From: Callorhinchus milii
Lineage: Eukaryota
Assembly: GCF_018977255.1 (NCBI RefSeq)
Contig: NW_024704742.1
Location: forward strand, 77,440,001-77,504,000
Length of the DNA: 64,000 nucleotides
Direction: 5' to 3'
The notes beneath the pieces are model-generated. The model was given only the letters and a program-made list of their open reading frames with translations, made no database searches and was not told the DNA's origin. How positions within the stretch are numbered: the first letter of the stretch is position 1; the number at the start of each line of letters is the position of its first letter. Shown here piece by piece: positions 1 through 13,900 of the stretch. Both the position numbers and the translations under genes were made by a program.

Positions 1-3000
1 GTAGCTTCCTTCGCAGTACTGAGGATTTTGTGGCAGTTCAGTATAATGCCCTTAATCTTTACTCAGATTGTTACAAAGTGGCAGCTAACCTGTGGAGCTT
101 GTGCATCTAATGAGAGATTACCAATAATTCCTCCTCTCTTGTCCCTTCTCTTGTTGAATGCTGCAAACGGTGTCCAGTGATCAGATAAAAATCACAGTGG
201 TGTGTGATGCTGTTGTGGGTGCAGTTTGACAGTTGATATTGGTGGAATTTATCCCTACGACCAAAATATTTTTTTTCAAAAACAGACAGAAGTTTAAACC
301 TCCTTTTGTTAAATGTAATTGAGTAGGAATACTGGGTGATATGCACTGTCTTGTTAAATTGATTTGATTGATAGCCTCAACTTGCAGTTGGCAACACAGT
401 GCAATAGCATGTATGTCCGTTATTGCTTAACCAATGTGTCTTTGCCAGGAGAACCCTCAGAGTGCTCATTTCTGAACATCTGTGCCCAACCACTAAAGCC
501 ACAAAGTAATAATTAGTGGTTTTTCCTCTCCATCGCTCTTTGTCATATTTATTTGTAGTCATTCCTGGTTTCCTCCTCAATAACAAACATTTCATTAATA
601 ACATTTGTATTTAAACAGACCCCTTTATTTAAAAGAATAATTTGTCACATTCAACTGGAAACATTTGCATTAGAATTTTACGGAATACAACCAAATCAAC
701 AGGTTCAGCAAAAGTGAGTGGTGATCGATCCTGAGGCAGAAACTACTGCAAGTCACTGACTTTCAGGGACTTTGATTGAGTCAATAATGTCAGACTGAAG
801 GTTCCTCAGCCACCCAGTTGTAAAACTACAAGGAACAAAACTTCCATTGTGGAATTGGTCTCGGATTCGCAAATGTGCTAGGAGTTGAGGACATTTCTGA
901 GATTTCCCAGTCTGTCCCCAGCTTCCCTACTCCCCGCCACCACCACCTCGATTTGAACTTGATTTGAATCCAGTGTATCTATAGACAGTTCTCACTCCTT
1001 TCACTGACATTCGGTACCCACAGTGGTCAAGAACAGAACTGTTCTGGACAATCCATGCTGCCATTGCTGTGCCGTTTTTTCACAAACTCCATCAACTGTG
1101 GTCTCGTGTGCAAAAGTTCAAGGCAAAATGTGATCCGATTACATTCTGGCAAGAACTGCTTTGTGCTCAGCTCCTGGGATTCAATGCGCAATTGAGGATA
1201 GTCCAACATATCAATGCCTTTCTTAATTTCCCTCTTGCTCAGAACAACCCAATTCTTTCCAGAACATCAATTATACACAACAAATACAAAGCAACTATGG
1301 TATTACAAATCCCAGTATGAAGGGCTTTTTTAAAAAAAAATGTAACCCTAGAATAATATATACACAATGTATCAGAAGCTTAAACCTCAATAAGTTAAAC
1401 CTACAGTGAGAGGTATCACATTTAATGCCTGTTCTCACTCAGTGTGCAGTAACTGTTGAGTACACTAGTTTACACTTTTCTTTTCCTAGTTAACAAAAAC
1501 TATAATTTTCAATAAGTAATCTATCTTTTCTCGTTCCCCCCCCTCCCCAACAATCTCTTCATCTACTTGTAAACTGAGCATTGCCAAAAGATCTGTGAGT
1601 TTGGAAACCCAGTGGTTTGGTTTGCCTGTCTTGGATTCCGAGGTTTAAGAACACATATTCGGCCCATCAATCCCACTCCTTGTATAGCCACACAAATCAA
1701 CCTAATCATTGACATCCACTCTACCCCCTGCATTGCATTGAATAGCTAATCCCAAAGATTATTGAGCAAACTTTCCAGAATCTTTATCTATCCTCCATTC
1801 TACAATTCAACTGTTGTGCCCAAACCTCCGTGTTCATACGAACAACATGAAAGCCTCTGCAGTTGCTTTTTGTCTTTATCGGTCAAATTTCAGAAAGAAA
1901 TAACCAACAAGACAGCAATGTACACTGCTGCTCCTAAGCACTGTATCTGAACTCCATCCTTGAAGTCCATGTGAATAATGTTCACAATCATTAATAGACA
2001 TGGGCCTCAGATATCTGGGTGCATTTTATGTGATTAACATCCTCTCCTTTTGGCTATGCTAGATTTTATCTCAAAGCTCTCTCCTACCACATGAAACGCC
2101 ATCTTAGAAACTTATTACAAAACACTGCCAGTCAGCGTTTACTTATTATGCATGTATGCGTTTGAATCGTACAAACTAGGTTGACAATACATATTAAAGT
2201 GTTCGGTGAAAGCCGGTGTACTTGTTTGCAGTGTGTGAGCAGCACACGTTGAAGGTGTAATATTAATGGAAATCATAATCAATATGTGGAAGGAGTGGAT
2301 TCAAGATTGGATCAAAGTGTTCCATTTGGTAAATTTTATAGCATTTACCCTCATCCCCAGCATTCGGATTGTCTAAGTTAGGAGCACCACATTATTTGGT
2401 ATTAAATATTGACCGAATTAAAAAAAAACTTTTTGAAACAATTTTACCATTGAAAAAGCACAGGTAATTTTATTTTGTGTTATACACATAATCCATATGA
2501 TGCAGTTTTAATAAAACCAGCTGGAGAGAAGTGGATTGATCACTGACACATTGAATGTGCTTGGCATGCAGAGGGTTAACCTTTCCAGCACATTAATGCG
2601 ATTGTGATTCATTGAAAGCTTTTATCACTTATCTGTTCCACCATGTTAGACCCTTATTTCTTTATACTTATGCAGATTTTTTTAAAAAATGAAAACAGCA
2701 AGCAAGGGTCAAAATAAATCTAGGTGTTTCTCATTTTACATTAGGCAGGCGAAGTTCAAGAGCTGAGTGGAGCAGAGTCCTCTTAACACTATTTTAATAG
2801 GCGATGACCCTTAAAATAAATAATGTTGATCATGGGACCTTTTTCCCTTTGTTATTGCAGCCTGTGTTGTGATTTATGTTTCTGTGGCATGATATCATAG
2901 AAGTATAGATGCTTTCTTATGCTGAGTGGCTTATGTTAAAAAAAAGCTGGAATACATCTACAGATGAATCGTGGACAGTTAATGCTGAACAAGGCGGCCC

Positions 3001-6000
3001 ATTAGTAGCAATGAGTTGTAGCTAATGACTGCTCCTAATACAGCTATTTAATTTCAATGAACGGATGTTAAAGCAGTTTATAAACCAGCAAAATGTAGGA
3101 TTTTGTGCACAATTTAGCTTTATTAATAGGAACTGTGTTGCTCTGACATGTCTGCTTTCCCAAGCTTACATGTGCCTACAAACTTCGCATATAGCAGACT
3201 TAATTTTAAAAGTACAAAACCGCACCACGTTTGCAAAGTTAGGCCACAATGATATAATGATAAATATTGTGGCCAAGAAATTCAAGTGGACAAATAATGT
3301 CCCCAGTGTGTACATGATGGGCCCCAGTCTTGTTGTTTCAACATCTGACACAAAATAACATGATGCATTTGTCTAAACAAAGGATTTGTGTGTGTGTATG
3401 CTTCTCTGGGGTCAGTCTATTAACTTTGGCTAACCATTCCAGTTAATGTTATGCTGTTGTGTACAGCTGCATTAGTCTCTGAAAAGCTGCTCTGTTGAAC
3501 TTGACTGTATTTGTCATACAGCTTGGTTGTATTATTTTACCAAGTTATTGCTAGCTTGTAGCAAAATACAGTGGAGTAATAGAGAAGACGGTTCCAGTTT
3601 CCTAAGTGCTTGGGGTTCTTTCCGTCCCTCCTTATGAATCGAGACTGAATCTCGATTTGAATCTCCATTCATGGTCTCAGTCTGGCATCAGTGACTTTGT
3701 GGTTAATCAAGCAGCATGGGGTAGTTGGTGGCAGTTCGATGTAGTGTCTGTATGTAACTAATTAGACCATGCAGAAAATCATTCTGCAAGCACTGAGGGA
3801 AAAAACAGCAAGCAAACCCAGGACACTGCTTACACCGTCTGAACATGAAGTTAATTGGCCAGTTGGGTTAATGAGCTATTGTGTGTTTGTAATGATTAGA
3901 AACGAATAACATCCGCACATTAAAAACCGCAAGGAATCAAAACAAAAAAAAACCAATTTGCTGAACGTACCTGAGGCAAATTTCATTAGCAACGCAAACT
4001 CTGGGTTGAGAAGCTGAGTTTGTTTTTGGCAGCATGTAGGGATTTTTAAAAAGACATGAAGCAGTATTCCAAGTTGAGAGAAATACGGTGACTGTCCATC
4101 TCTTCCCTCTCTGCTCCGTTCTCCCCCCTGCCCCTCCACCCCCATCCTCCCATTCACTTTCACATTAGAAGTGCTGGGATGATCCCTTTCAATAGGAATG
4201 TTTACATGTTCACTACCCCCTCATCTGTATTGCAATACTTGCGCCCCCCCCCCCCCCCAACCCCGCTTCCATATACTCTTTCCCATATGGACCATGGTGC
4301 CCCATGTCTCCAGTGCTTGAGTTGCCTGGAGCCCTTGATGTTACATACAGATTTTTGTTTAACCCTATTAAGACTATCATAGTATTCTATCTAAAATACC
4401 TGTATTTAATGTAGTCAAAGCCTGGTAATGAAATGTATTGTGGAGTTGGGTATCTCCGACTTTCTATTGTACTGTCATTTGGATCAAGGAAAGCTTTCAG
4501 TTTCCGACGAAGCAAAATACTACATGCAAATAATCTCAACTTCTTGAAAGCAACATGAAGAGCAACATTCAGTAATTGTGGGTTTTACCCTATCCACTTC
4601 AGGTGAAACTGTAATGAAACCAAGACTCGTCCAAATCTACATTGTGAGCTCATAAGTGATGAAATCTGAGCGTTTAATGCTGCAAAGAGCATGGAGAATT
4701 CCGAAGGTTAAATTTAGTTGTTTGTAGCTGGGAAAGCCTCTTTCAAATGATGCACTATCTAGCACTCAGTAAATCAGGATTGCCGCATGCCCATAGATGC
4801 AGACTGCAGAGCAAGCTTAACCCTACAGCTGGCAGGTCAAACTATAAATTAATTGTAGGATTCCCAATACTGTGGCTTAATGCGCCTTTAAAGGGGAACG
4901 TGTCGTCACAATACTTTATCTTGTTTGTAAACGAGGATGATGACTTCACCACCGCTGCTTCTTTATTTAAAACCCTTCCCCCAAAAAAATCTTTCTGCAT
5001 GTTGGACAGACGTATCTCAGCAGGACTCAAACTTTGATGTCTGAGTAGAGTGTATTTGAGACAGGTTGTTTCAGTAGCTTGGGCTGTACAGAAGTTGTCC
5101 CTTCTGTTGTAAAGAACAATACCCCTTTAACAAAAAATGACTTACAACTATTGCAATTACAGTTAGTTACTCCACAACTCAGACCATAGACATTTTCATT
5201 GTTTGCCACACTTAACTCTGACCAAGTTTCTACTATTAATTTTTGTCTTGAATCCAGCCAATGCCAAATTAACATGGGACTTTATATATGATATATATAT
5301 ATATGTATGCAATATATATGATTTTAAACGGAACGTAAATGTACAGATCTGTAAGCTATGGTATCTTATTCATTCATGGCTTTCGTGCTACTCTTTCCTA
5401 ATGCTGGATGCATTTACTTTGATTTAATGGACTCTTTTGCCCTGATTGTGAGGTGCAGTAGCTTGGTGGAAGTGGCAAAGCTTTTGGACTGTAGTGATGA
5501 ATAGAAAAGCAAGCAAATGCTCTACCCCCTTGCCCACCCACCCCCACCCCCCCAACACTGGGAACTCTTAGCACATGGAGGAAATAGGCTTCAGTTAATC
5601 AGGATTCCTCAGGCTCCACAGACTCCTTGTGTCTCTGCCTGTGAATGACAGCTTGAAATAAAGTCCAATCACAAGTCTGGCAAGTCTGAAGGCTGAATGT
5701 ATGGATATGGCGGTGTGTGTGTGTGTGGATGTGGAGGGGGGTGGAGGGGTTGGAGGGAAGCTGGGTCACGTTCCACATACGCTTGATCTGAAGGAAATGG
5801 TGAAAGGAAACTGCAGTCAAAAGTACTGACAGTGCATGGAAACACATGCTTGTTTAAGTTTATCAGCTTCCTGCCCCTTCCAACATCCTAAACAGAGTCT
5901 ATTCTCTCCCTGTCCGCCTTTCTCCAAAGCAAATTATCTTAAATTGTGCTTACATCATAGAATCCCAGTACTTATCTGCAGCATTTCCAAAAGGCATTTT

Positions 6001-9000
6001 CTACAATTATTCCAAGAAACGGCATTTTTAATGTGTATTGCTTGCTGTGTGCTGCTCAAATTAAAAACCACAGCAGTGTGACTAAATCCTAGAGATTGGG
6101 TCCCCACCCAACCTCTAACCCTTGTTTAAAAGCATCAGTATAACGTATAAGCAAAGGAAATGGGAATTTTTTGAATGTAATGCACTTGTTGATTTTAGTG
6201 GATTTATTGCTCCATATATATATTACATATATCTACGTAGCATTCCAAATTAGCTAATGTTTAATGTTGACTATCTCTGGTGGGGTGGAGGGGGGGGTGG
6301 TGGTGGCGGGGGCAGGGGGTTGAGCAGGAGAAATCTTTGAACAGCAACTCCTTTGTGTCCACGGGATTAAAGAGAAGGCAGTATGTGATCACTGTGTGGG
6401 ACATTGCGTTCCTAGACATGTCACAATGATAACTGCTGAGACGGAGCACCTCCCCTCCACCACCCCCACCCAAAGCCTTATTAAAATAGTTTTGCCCAGA
6501 ATGCGCTTGCTGCAGCTGTTGAGCTGGCTGGCGGAGCTTTTGATCCTGCCGCTGAGCAAATCCTGCATTGCCAGTTTGCTTGTTCTTTTTCCCACCTTCT
6601 CCTCCTGAAGACGCAGAATCTTGCTGGGATTTGATTCTAACACCTCCTTCCAACTTGGCAAGCTCGTATTTGCTTTAAAATCAAACTGGCAGACATTAAA
6701 AGTTTGAATCAGCCCAGTGATAATTATCACATCATATACCACAACCCGTTCAGCCAATGAACAGCAACAGGCGATGTTTCTAAGTTGCTTTCTTTCACTT
6801 CACTGTATATTTTGTGAAGCCCTTTGAGACGTCTTAGAGACATGATAAGGCCCTATATCAAATGCAAGGATTGTTATTATTATTAAACATAAGTGTTTTG
6901 GTGTTGTTCTGTGAGGATGCTACACACTGATATCTGTGACGGATAAAAGGGACCAGGTTAAACTGGGCTATTCTAGGGCCTGTTTCTTGCCTCTTCTATC
7001 CAGCTATATGTCAGTGGGCTGAATCCTGGGATAGTTCCTATTGCCTTTGCGCGATGAACATAATTGCAATGTTTGGTTGTGGCTCCAAATAGATTCCTTC
7101 CCAAGCCCTGTAATTTTCAAATGTGAGAGTCCATGAAGATTGTAGGTTTGAGAGAGCTGGAGGCAGGGGAAAGAGGGATTTACAAAAAATGAAGTCTAAA
7201 TGGGTTGGTATGTCGTAATTAAGCTGGTAATTTTTGTGTGGAGATTTGTCCTAAAGAAGTAGGAAATTTCTATTTTCCATAACCTTCTTTGTCCAGTTGT
7301 TTCAAGAGCAACAATATTATGGCCTTTAGTGATATTTTTGATAGGTTTCCATTAACATTTAACACACACGCGTTCAGCTTCTTCTTTCGCCCACTTCTCA
7401 CACTCCTACGGACACCAGCTGCCCTCTTATTACCTCATTCAACCTAGCCATTCATTACTTAATAGGTTAGACAGTGAGTATCAACAGCAACAACAAGATT
7501 ACGTTTGTATAGTGCCTTCAGCAGGCCACCTGACTGTGTAATGTCGCTGCTGAGTGTAATCATAAGCCCATAAATTCCAATATGGGGTTACTGGATTGAG
7601 ATCAGGAATGGATAAGCAGGAATGGTTTCCCCACCTCTTCCCCCCCAAAAAAAAAACTTTGGGTACTGTGGCCAATTGGAGTTTCTTGGCTTATGAGCTA
7701 AACAGATGAGGGATCAAACCTGGGACCATCCTGGTCCCCATTGCCCAGCTATTTGCTACATAAACTCACTCAGCCATGGAAGGCAATAGTTTGTTTTATA
7801 AATTCCACCCTCCCCTATCTCATTCTTTTCCTTCCAAACCTTCTTCCTGGCTTTCTTCAATCACAATAACCAGACGTTCATCAGTGGCACTGCAAACAAG
7901 GAGACAAGATGTCTATTGCAAGACAGAGTAGATCACCCAAATCACCCCTAGATAGAATACAATAGTATTAGGAGGTGTTCTGTCCAGTGACACAGTCAAG
8001 AACTGTCAACAACTTGCCTTTAGAAGGAGATAAAGCTTAGTCCACAACCTCTGAATAGACAGCCTGTTCTTCTGTGACTGCTGCACCATTGTGTTATGGT
8101 GCATTGTACAATATTCAGGCAGCACCTTTCACATTGCTACCATGAGTTTAATACAGCTAATCACTTTCTTAATTAAATGTCATTGATGTGTATTTAAAAA
8201 GAAATGGGCTAATATTGTAGATGCAGGTGGAACAGCAACAACTTGCCTTGGTATAACATCTTTCATGAAGGACAGTTGTCCTTGTTTAACACCTTTCATA
8301 CATGGTGAATGTCTCGAAGCACTTACCAGATTTTGGACCTTGGTTTAACATCTAATCCAAACCACGGTACCAATGAAACATCTTGCTTCCCTGCTGCATT
8401 ACAAATGTTCACGTTGGGAATAGTGAGGGGACAGAAAAGAGTGGCTTCACAAAGTTTTGGCTTAAATCCTGCTTTGTGTCTGTTCGTTTGTGGTGAAGGG
8501 GTTGTGGTTTGGTGGAATTGAGTGGCAGAAGTTTGTGCTCTGGCCTTTTTTTTTAAAAAGAGTAGTTTGCAATCTCAAATAACATTTTCACCCCCCACCC
8601 CCAATCATGATATAGGGACCTTCGCCAAGTACCTACTAGTACACTGCTTCAAGAATAAGCTTGGGACAGAGATCAAGTGATACAGATTAAGTGGAAAAAT
8701 GTATTTCCAGACTTTCGCATTACCTTGTACCTGGAGGCTCAGAAAATCAGTCCTTTTGGGAATGGGAAGTAAAAGAAACTCCTGAAGGATTTGTATAGGT
8801 TTCCTGTTACCTTTTATGATATTAAGATTTGCAAAGCGATACGATTTTTTAAAAAAAAAACTCTTGTTTGGTCTCAATGGCGTTTTATGGGCACGTTTTA
8901 ATGGAATTCGTAAAAAGGTGGAATATTCTTGGCAACGTGGAGGCAAAAACTACTCAGTAGTCAAACCCAAAAGAGAAATCACTTGTTTATTCTGGGGAAG

Positions 9001-9492
9001 AAATGCCTGCGTATTTAAATTAAATTTCAGCTGAAATAGTGCAATCTGTTTAACAAACCAAATGTATTTTAGATGGAAATGTAACGGGCACCTCACACGA
9101 TTTACAGATGTACTGCTTTGTGTGATTTACCCGCCACCTCAGCAATCACAATCGAGGTATTGTTAGTAACTAAATGTGTCTTTGCTATTGACCTAAAGCG
9201 TACTGTGATATTAATTATTTTCTGGTAGTGCATGCTTTTTTTTCTATATTGTTAATATGTCAAACGCAACTTTCTGTGTGTTTTATGCAGTAAAATAGTT
9301 TAAATCCCAGGTTAATAAGCATTGTGATTTATATAAAGAAATGTAAAACATCTATCTATATATAATCTGTCTCACTCTGTTTGCCTTTGTTCCTTTATTC
9401 CCACTCATTATTTACATTGTCTTTCTTGTTCACTCGTTTCCATTTGTAAATCTCTCTCTCTCTCTCGTTCTCCCTTTCAACTACTCCTGTAG

Positions 9493-9518
9493 AGCTTATA
9501 TATTCCTCTCAGTGTTTG
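9493..9518 (+). other. Candidate 26-nt NFIB microexon (SLYIPLSV + 'tg')
   Basis: No AG dinucleotide between 9339 and 9490, a pyrimidine-rich tract at about 9365-9490, acceptor ctgtAG|, and donor TTG|GTATGT at 9519. No transcript evidence is available. Confidence 0.4.
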
Positions 9519-10089
9519 GTATGTTCTGTACACCTGCCCCAAAGATGTTCTGCGGAAAGGTACTTGAAACTGACATTGAAGCTAAGTCTACCCCTGGGGT
9601 GATCCTGCCTAGTGATTCTCTCGGAAGTGCTGTTTACTCTGGAGAAAAGGTCAGGCAAAGTGATTGGAACATTGCTTCCCAGAAGCAGGACTCCTAGGCA
9701 GGGAGCCAGCCATTTGTATTAGAGACTCCCAAAGTCAATCGGCCCACTTCTGCGTCACTTTCTGGTACCCTCGTAGAACGTGTCTTGGGACCGGCAACAC
9801 AGATTACCAGGTGATCTGACTGGATATATAATATATTGTCCCTTTAAGAAAATAGAATTGTGTGCAAAATAAGAAAATGCAGGAAATGAACTTTTTCTCT
9901 TGTTAACCTGAGTTTGTCTCTCTGGAATGTTGAACCAGTGTGGTTAACTCTCTAATATTTCTTGATTGAAACCTGTGTCGCATCTTAATCAGACTAATGC
10001 CTTTCTTAATGGAAGTGAATTTTTTGCATGTGTTCTTGGAGTCTAGTTCTGCTCGATACCCAATCTCACTGATAGGTTTCAATTGACAG

Positions 10090-10178
10090 CTGAGGATTTG
10101 TGACTGGACCATGAATCAAAACGGCAGGCATTTATACCCCAGTGCCAGTGACGATACTTTGGGAATTGCTTGGCAAAG
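10090..10178 (+). CDS. NFIB: NFIB alternative (cassette) coding exon, 89 nt, phase 0 in / phase 2 out
   Basis: Flanked by ttgacAG| (10088-89) and AAG|GTAACA (10179). Translates LRICDWTMNQNGRHLYPSASDDTLGIAWQ plus 'ag'. This closely matches my recollection of the long human NFIB isoform segment LRICDWTMNQNGRHLYPSTSEDTLGITWQ. The 'ag' joins in frame to the terminal exon (ag+t = Ser). Confidence 0.9.
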
Positions 10179-10890
10179 GTAACATTTTAAATATTTCTAA
10201 AATCTACACCTGCATATCAAAACAAAACCGTGAAGCTGCATTATCCCCTCTTGTTGTCCTGCATAAAGACGAATCACTTAAAACTGTCTGGCACAATCTG
10301 CTCAAATCTCGACTGTCAAATCTACTACCTCGACAATTCTTTCCTAACGTTTGTAGTGTGTAGTGGATTTAGAAATCTTCAACTCCTTGTATTTTCCCAC
10401 ATTGCCTGGGATAAACATGGCTGCCGCCCTCTTCAGAGAATTTAATGGAAAACATCTGTTCGGAGTTCTTTAGGGAGGCTGAAGTTATGTTCAAGGAGAG
10501 TTTTTGAACAGGGGAAATGTTTTAACTCTTTCACATCTGGAGGCTGGCTGCCTTCGTGCTTTTCTCAGTGGAACAGTCAAGGCTTTTCCGTCCTTGTGTC
10601 TTTGGCAATTTTTCTAAAAATTGTAAAGAACATGGTGATTTTCTTTTGCAGTAGTTTCACAGCGCACTGGAGCCGCAGCACAGCACACTGTGGAGCTGCG
10701 CACTTGTGGGATACAGGTTTGACCGCCTTTCCCTCCCCCTGTGTACCTCTGTCTCCTCCCTCCACTCTCTCCCCCCGCTGAGTTCCTGTTCTCAGGCATG
10801 CTGTTGTGTGGAGGTGGCGAGCAGAAGCCAGACCTTTCTCCGCAGGAAGGGAGGGCAGATCAGCTGGGAGTCTGCACTGGGCTGCTCCTC

Positions 10891-10905
10891 CTGGCAACTA
10901 GCCAA
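10891..10905. promoter_or_regulatory. NFI palindromic binding site CTGGC-AACTA-GCCAA
   Basis: Matches the established NFI dimer consensus YTGGC(N5)GCCAA. A second degenerate copy TTGGC-ACCAC-TCCAG lies at 10914-10928. Both sit in a GC-rich, repeat-free intronic block. Confidence 0.45.
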
Positions 10906-13900
10906 TTGTGGCATTGGCACCACTCCAGACACAGGTCATCCTCCCGCCTTCTTAGCTGCAGGAAGTACTTGGCTTGTGAAGGACAAGAAAAGCGAAAAAA
11001 CTGGGGAGAGTGGTGATGATGGTGGTGTTTGAAGTGGGGGAGAAAGAGAGGCAAACTTTTGTACCTTTTAAACAGGGCAAATTTCTTTTTTTAAAAGAAG
11101 TTGTTTTCTTTCGATGTGCATGAATGTGCTTTCAGAGGAGAGGAACAAGCTGAGGGTATTTCTAAATGCACTTACAAAACAAAGTGGATGATAAATGTGT
11201 CCAACACCACCGTGTGGAACCCAAATTAAAATTCCATGGAGAAAGTCATCTTTTAACAGTGTTGAAAACTGGACAAATGTTGACCAGCAAAATGGGATAC
11301 TGCAGCCTTAACAGTTACGGTTCTGATTTTTTTTAACAGAAGAATGATTACTTTTCATTAAGTTTGTGCAAAGTAAGTGACAGACCCTGGATAGCTGAGG
11401 TACCTCCTGGTGTCTTTTTAATGAAAATTATGTGAATATATCAAGCAACTTTATAGGCCATGTATGCCGTTAGTGAAATGGTAAACTCCATACTGTACCC
11501 ATTAATAACCAGTCAGGAGCTTTCCTGTCTTTCCCTTCAATATGTTAAAATCAAAGATACTTGAACAATTGTTATCTTTATCAATTTATAAATTGCGCAT
11601 TCAGCTGGTTCACAGTTTGCAAATGCCAGATTATATTTCAGTGTCTCTAGCAAGTTTTGTCCCCCCAAAAACTGGATTGAATTACAGGGGAAATTATGCC
11701 TATTGCACAAACTCAGGCTTTGCATATGTGTCATGTTTCAAGCTATGTTATACAAGGATAACACTTTACAGGGGCTTTTGAACAAGTCACAGTGCCTCAG
11801 CCAAGTCTATTACAGCGTATTGTACAAAGACGTGTGAGCTTTTATGTCTGTGTATAGTTTCTTTGTTTTATGATTTCACATTACTAACTCACTCATTGGC
11901 AGTTAATGCTTCTGGTTCGAGCAATGAGTGTTTGTGGTCAGTATGTGGGGCTTGGCGTTTTGTCCAGATGTGTGTTTCAGATGTATCAGTTCTGTATCCC
12001 ATAGAGGAGGGCCAGCTCTGGTTCCCATCCAATGTCTTGTCACTTTACATGTACGTGCAGGAAGCCTCATACAGTATTTATATCCATTTTTGTACAGTTT
12101 CTAAATTTATCACTGTCCAAGTGTGAAAGGACCTTCCAAATAATGGGTGATGGAAGGCAGGTCCAGACAAATGCAAAGGAAGTTCAGTACCCAACTGGTT
12201 AATCCCTTCACTTCAAGCATCTATACTCCAGTACTTCTCTCCCTTCTAAAAAAAATGTTTCTGTTGGACTATCCTGGAAAATGTACTGGGTCAGCACTTC
12301 CTGCCATAAGTTTATCTTACTGAAGTAACTTACATTCATCTTACAGTGAAGCAGCTGTTTAATGCTACACTCCTGGGGAGGATGTTTAACTCAGTATGTG
12401 AAGAGCTGGAAAGATTGCTCCAGCGTTCCCGAAATGAAGTTTCTTTTCAAAAAAACTACATAAAATGTCTTATTTCTTATGAATTTTCTCAGTTGGAATA
12501 GCTTTCCGGAAGGCCCTGCCTTGATATTATATAACGATGGGCAATAATTATTTAAAAAATCATTGGATACAGGGTGGAGAGGTAAAACTTTGCACATGAC
12601 AAGACTGTGTTTTATAGAAAGTGAGCTTTTGTTGAAACACAAGTTATGTCTGAGTAACTTCATTGGGGTTTAAAGAATAAAAGTGCATAGTCAATGTGTT
12701 TTTCCAAAATTCAAGGCTCTAAACTTTTGGTGATCTTAATTATAGTTTCTTGGAAACTCTTAGAAGCTCACACAGAAATGCACCCTGCCTGCCATGTATC
12801 ACAGGAAATGGGTCAACAATCTATTAAAAAGCCATTTGATAATCTAATTTAAGCCATAAATTAACCACACTGAGTACTTGAGGTGTGCTTGTGAGAAAAG
12901 GGTTATATGAATCGATGGGGAGTTGAGGCATGAAGAAGATTATTTGTTTCTCTCTAATCATGGTCACGTCGCAAGCTGTCTGGTAACCATGGGAAACCAG
13001 ACATGATGTAATTCCAGATTGAACTTGAACTTCAGGGACTTAAAAGGGGGAACAATAGACCATAGCAATCAATAAAGTCTATTTTCCACACGATTATGTT
13101 TGGTGCTTCGAGTTAACCTTTATGGGAATGGTAGATGTAGCAGCTACAGTGCAGAAAGATGATCCATTGACAAAATACTAAAGCAAAGAAACAACTTTGC
13201 ATTGACACTTTCTAGCAAATCCCAAGATTCGAGATGGATTAGAAAGTTTGCACTCTGCAGTAAGCCGTTTCACTGCTCTGTGGGCTCTTTGTTCCCTTAG
13301 GTAGGACAAACTTAATCTTTAGTTTCCTGTCAGATGACTTTGGCAGCGCCTGTATGGGGGGAGAGGAGAGGAGGAGCAGGCAGCACAACACAAAATACAG
13401 CTCCAACTCTGCCCAGTGCAGTGTGAAATAGTTTTAAGGTGGAACCGTTTTACCTGGTTGCAAACTTTTAAGTGGGACAGTCTTTCATTTGTACACTTTG
13501 GGTTGGATTCCAGATGGAAAAAAAGGAGTCCTAGTAGAATAGGATAGGTAAGATGCTGGTTTCATTGCACAATGATTTGGCAGTTCAGTTTCAGAGATAG
13601 CCAATGCCAGTTGTCAGTTAAATTAAGGGTGTCGCAACAGGGGACAAATTCATCCGTCTGGCTTGAAAGTAGCTGGCTCACCAAGTAACAGGATGCCGAC
13701 TGATATGAGTGATGAGAGTCTCGAAGAACTGTGTGGCCCCTTCACCCACTTATCTTGTCGGATGGAAAGATGGAGGGAAATGAGTGGCTGTGATAAGAGA
13801 AACAATTAGGAGGATGAATGGTACCAAATATAAAAATGCTGTGTTTAAAAAAAAGACAGAGCAATGCTATCTAGATTTCCCCTTGATTAAAAACCTCTGC

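Noticed and set aside
2840..2880. Acceptor-like tttttccctttgttattgcAG|CCT
   Set aside because: Does not encode the upstream NFIB exons I recall (PNGSGQ... or ...PRDPSFLHQQQ) and hits a stop at once in phase 0. Those exons appear to lie before the window.
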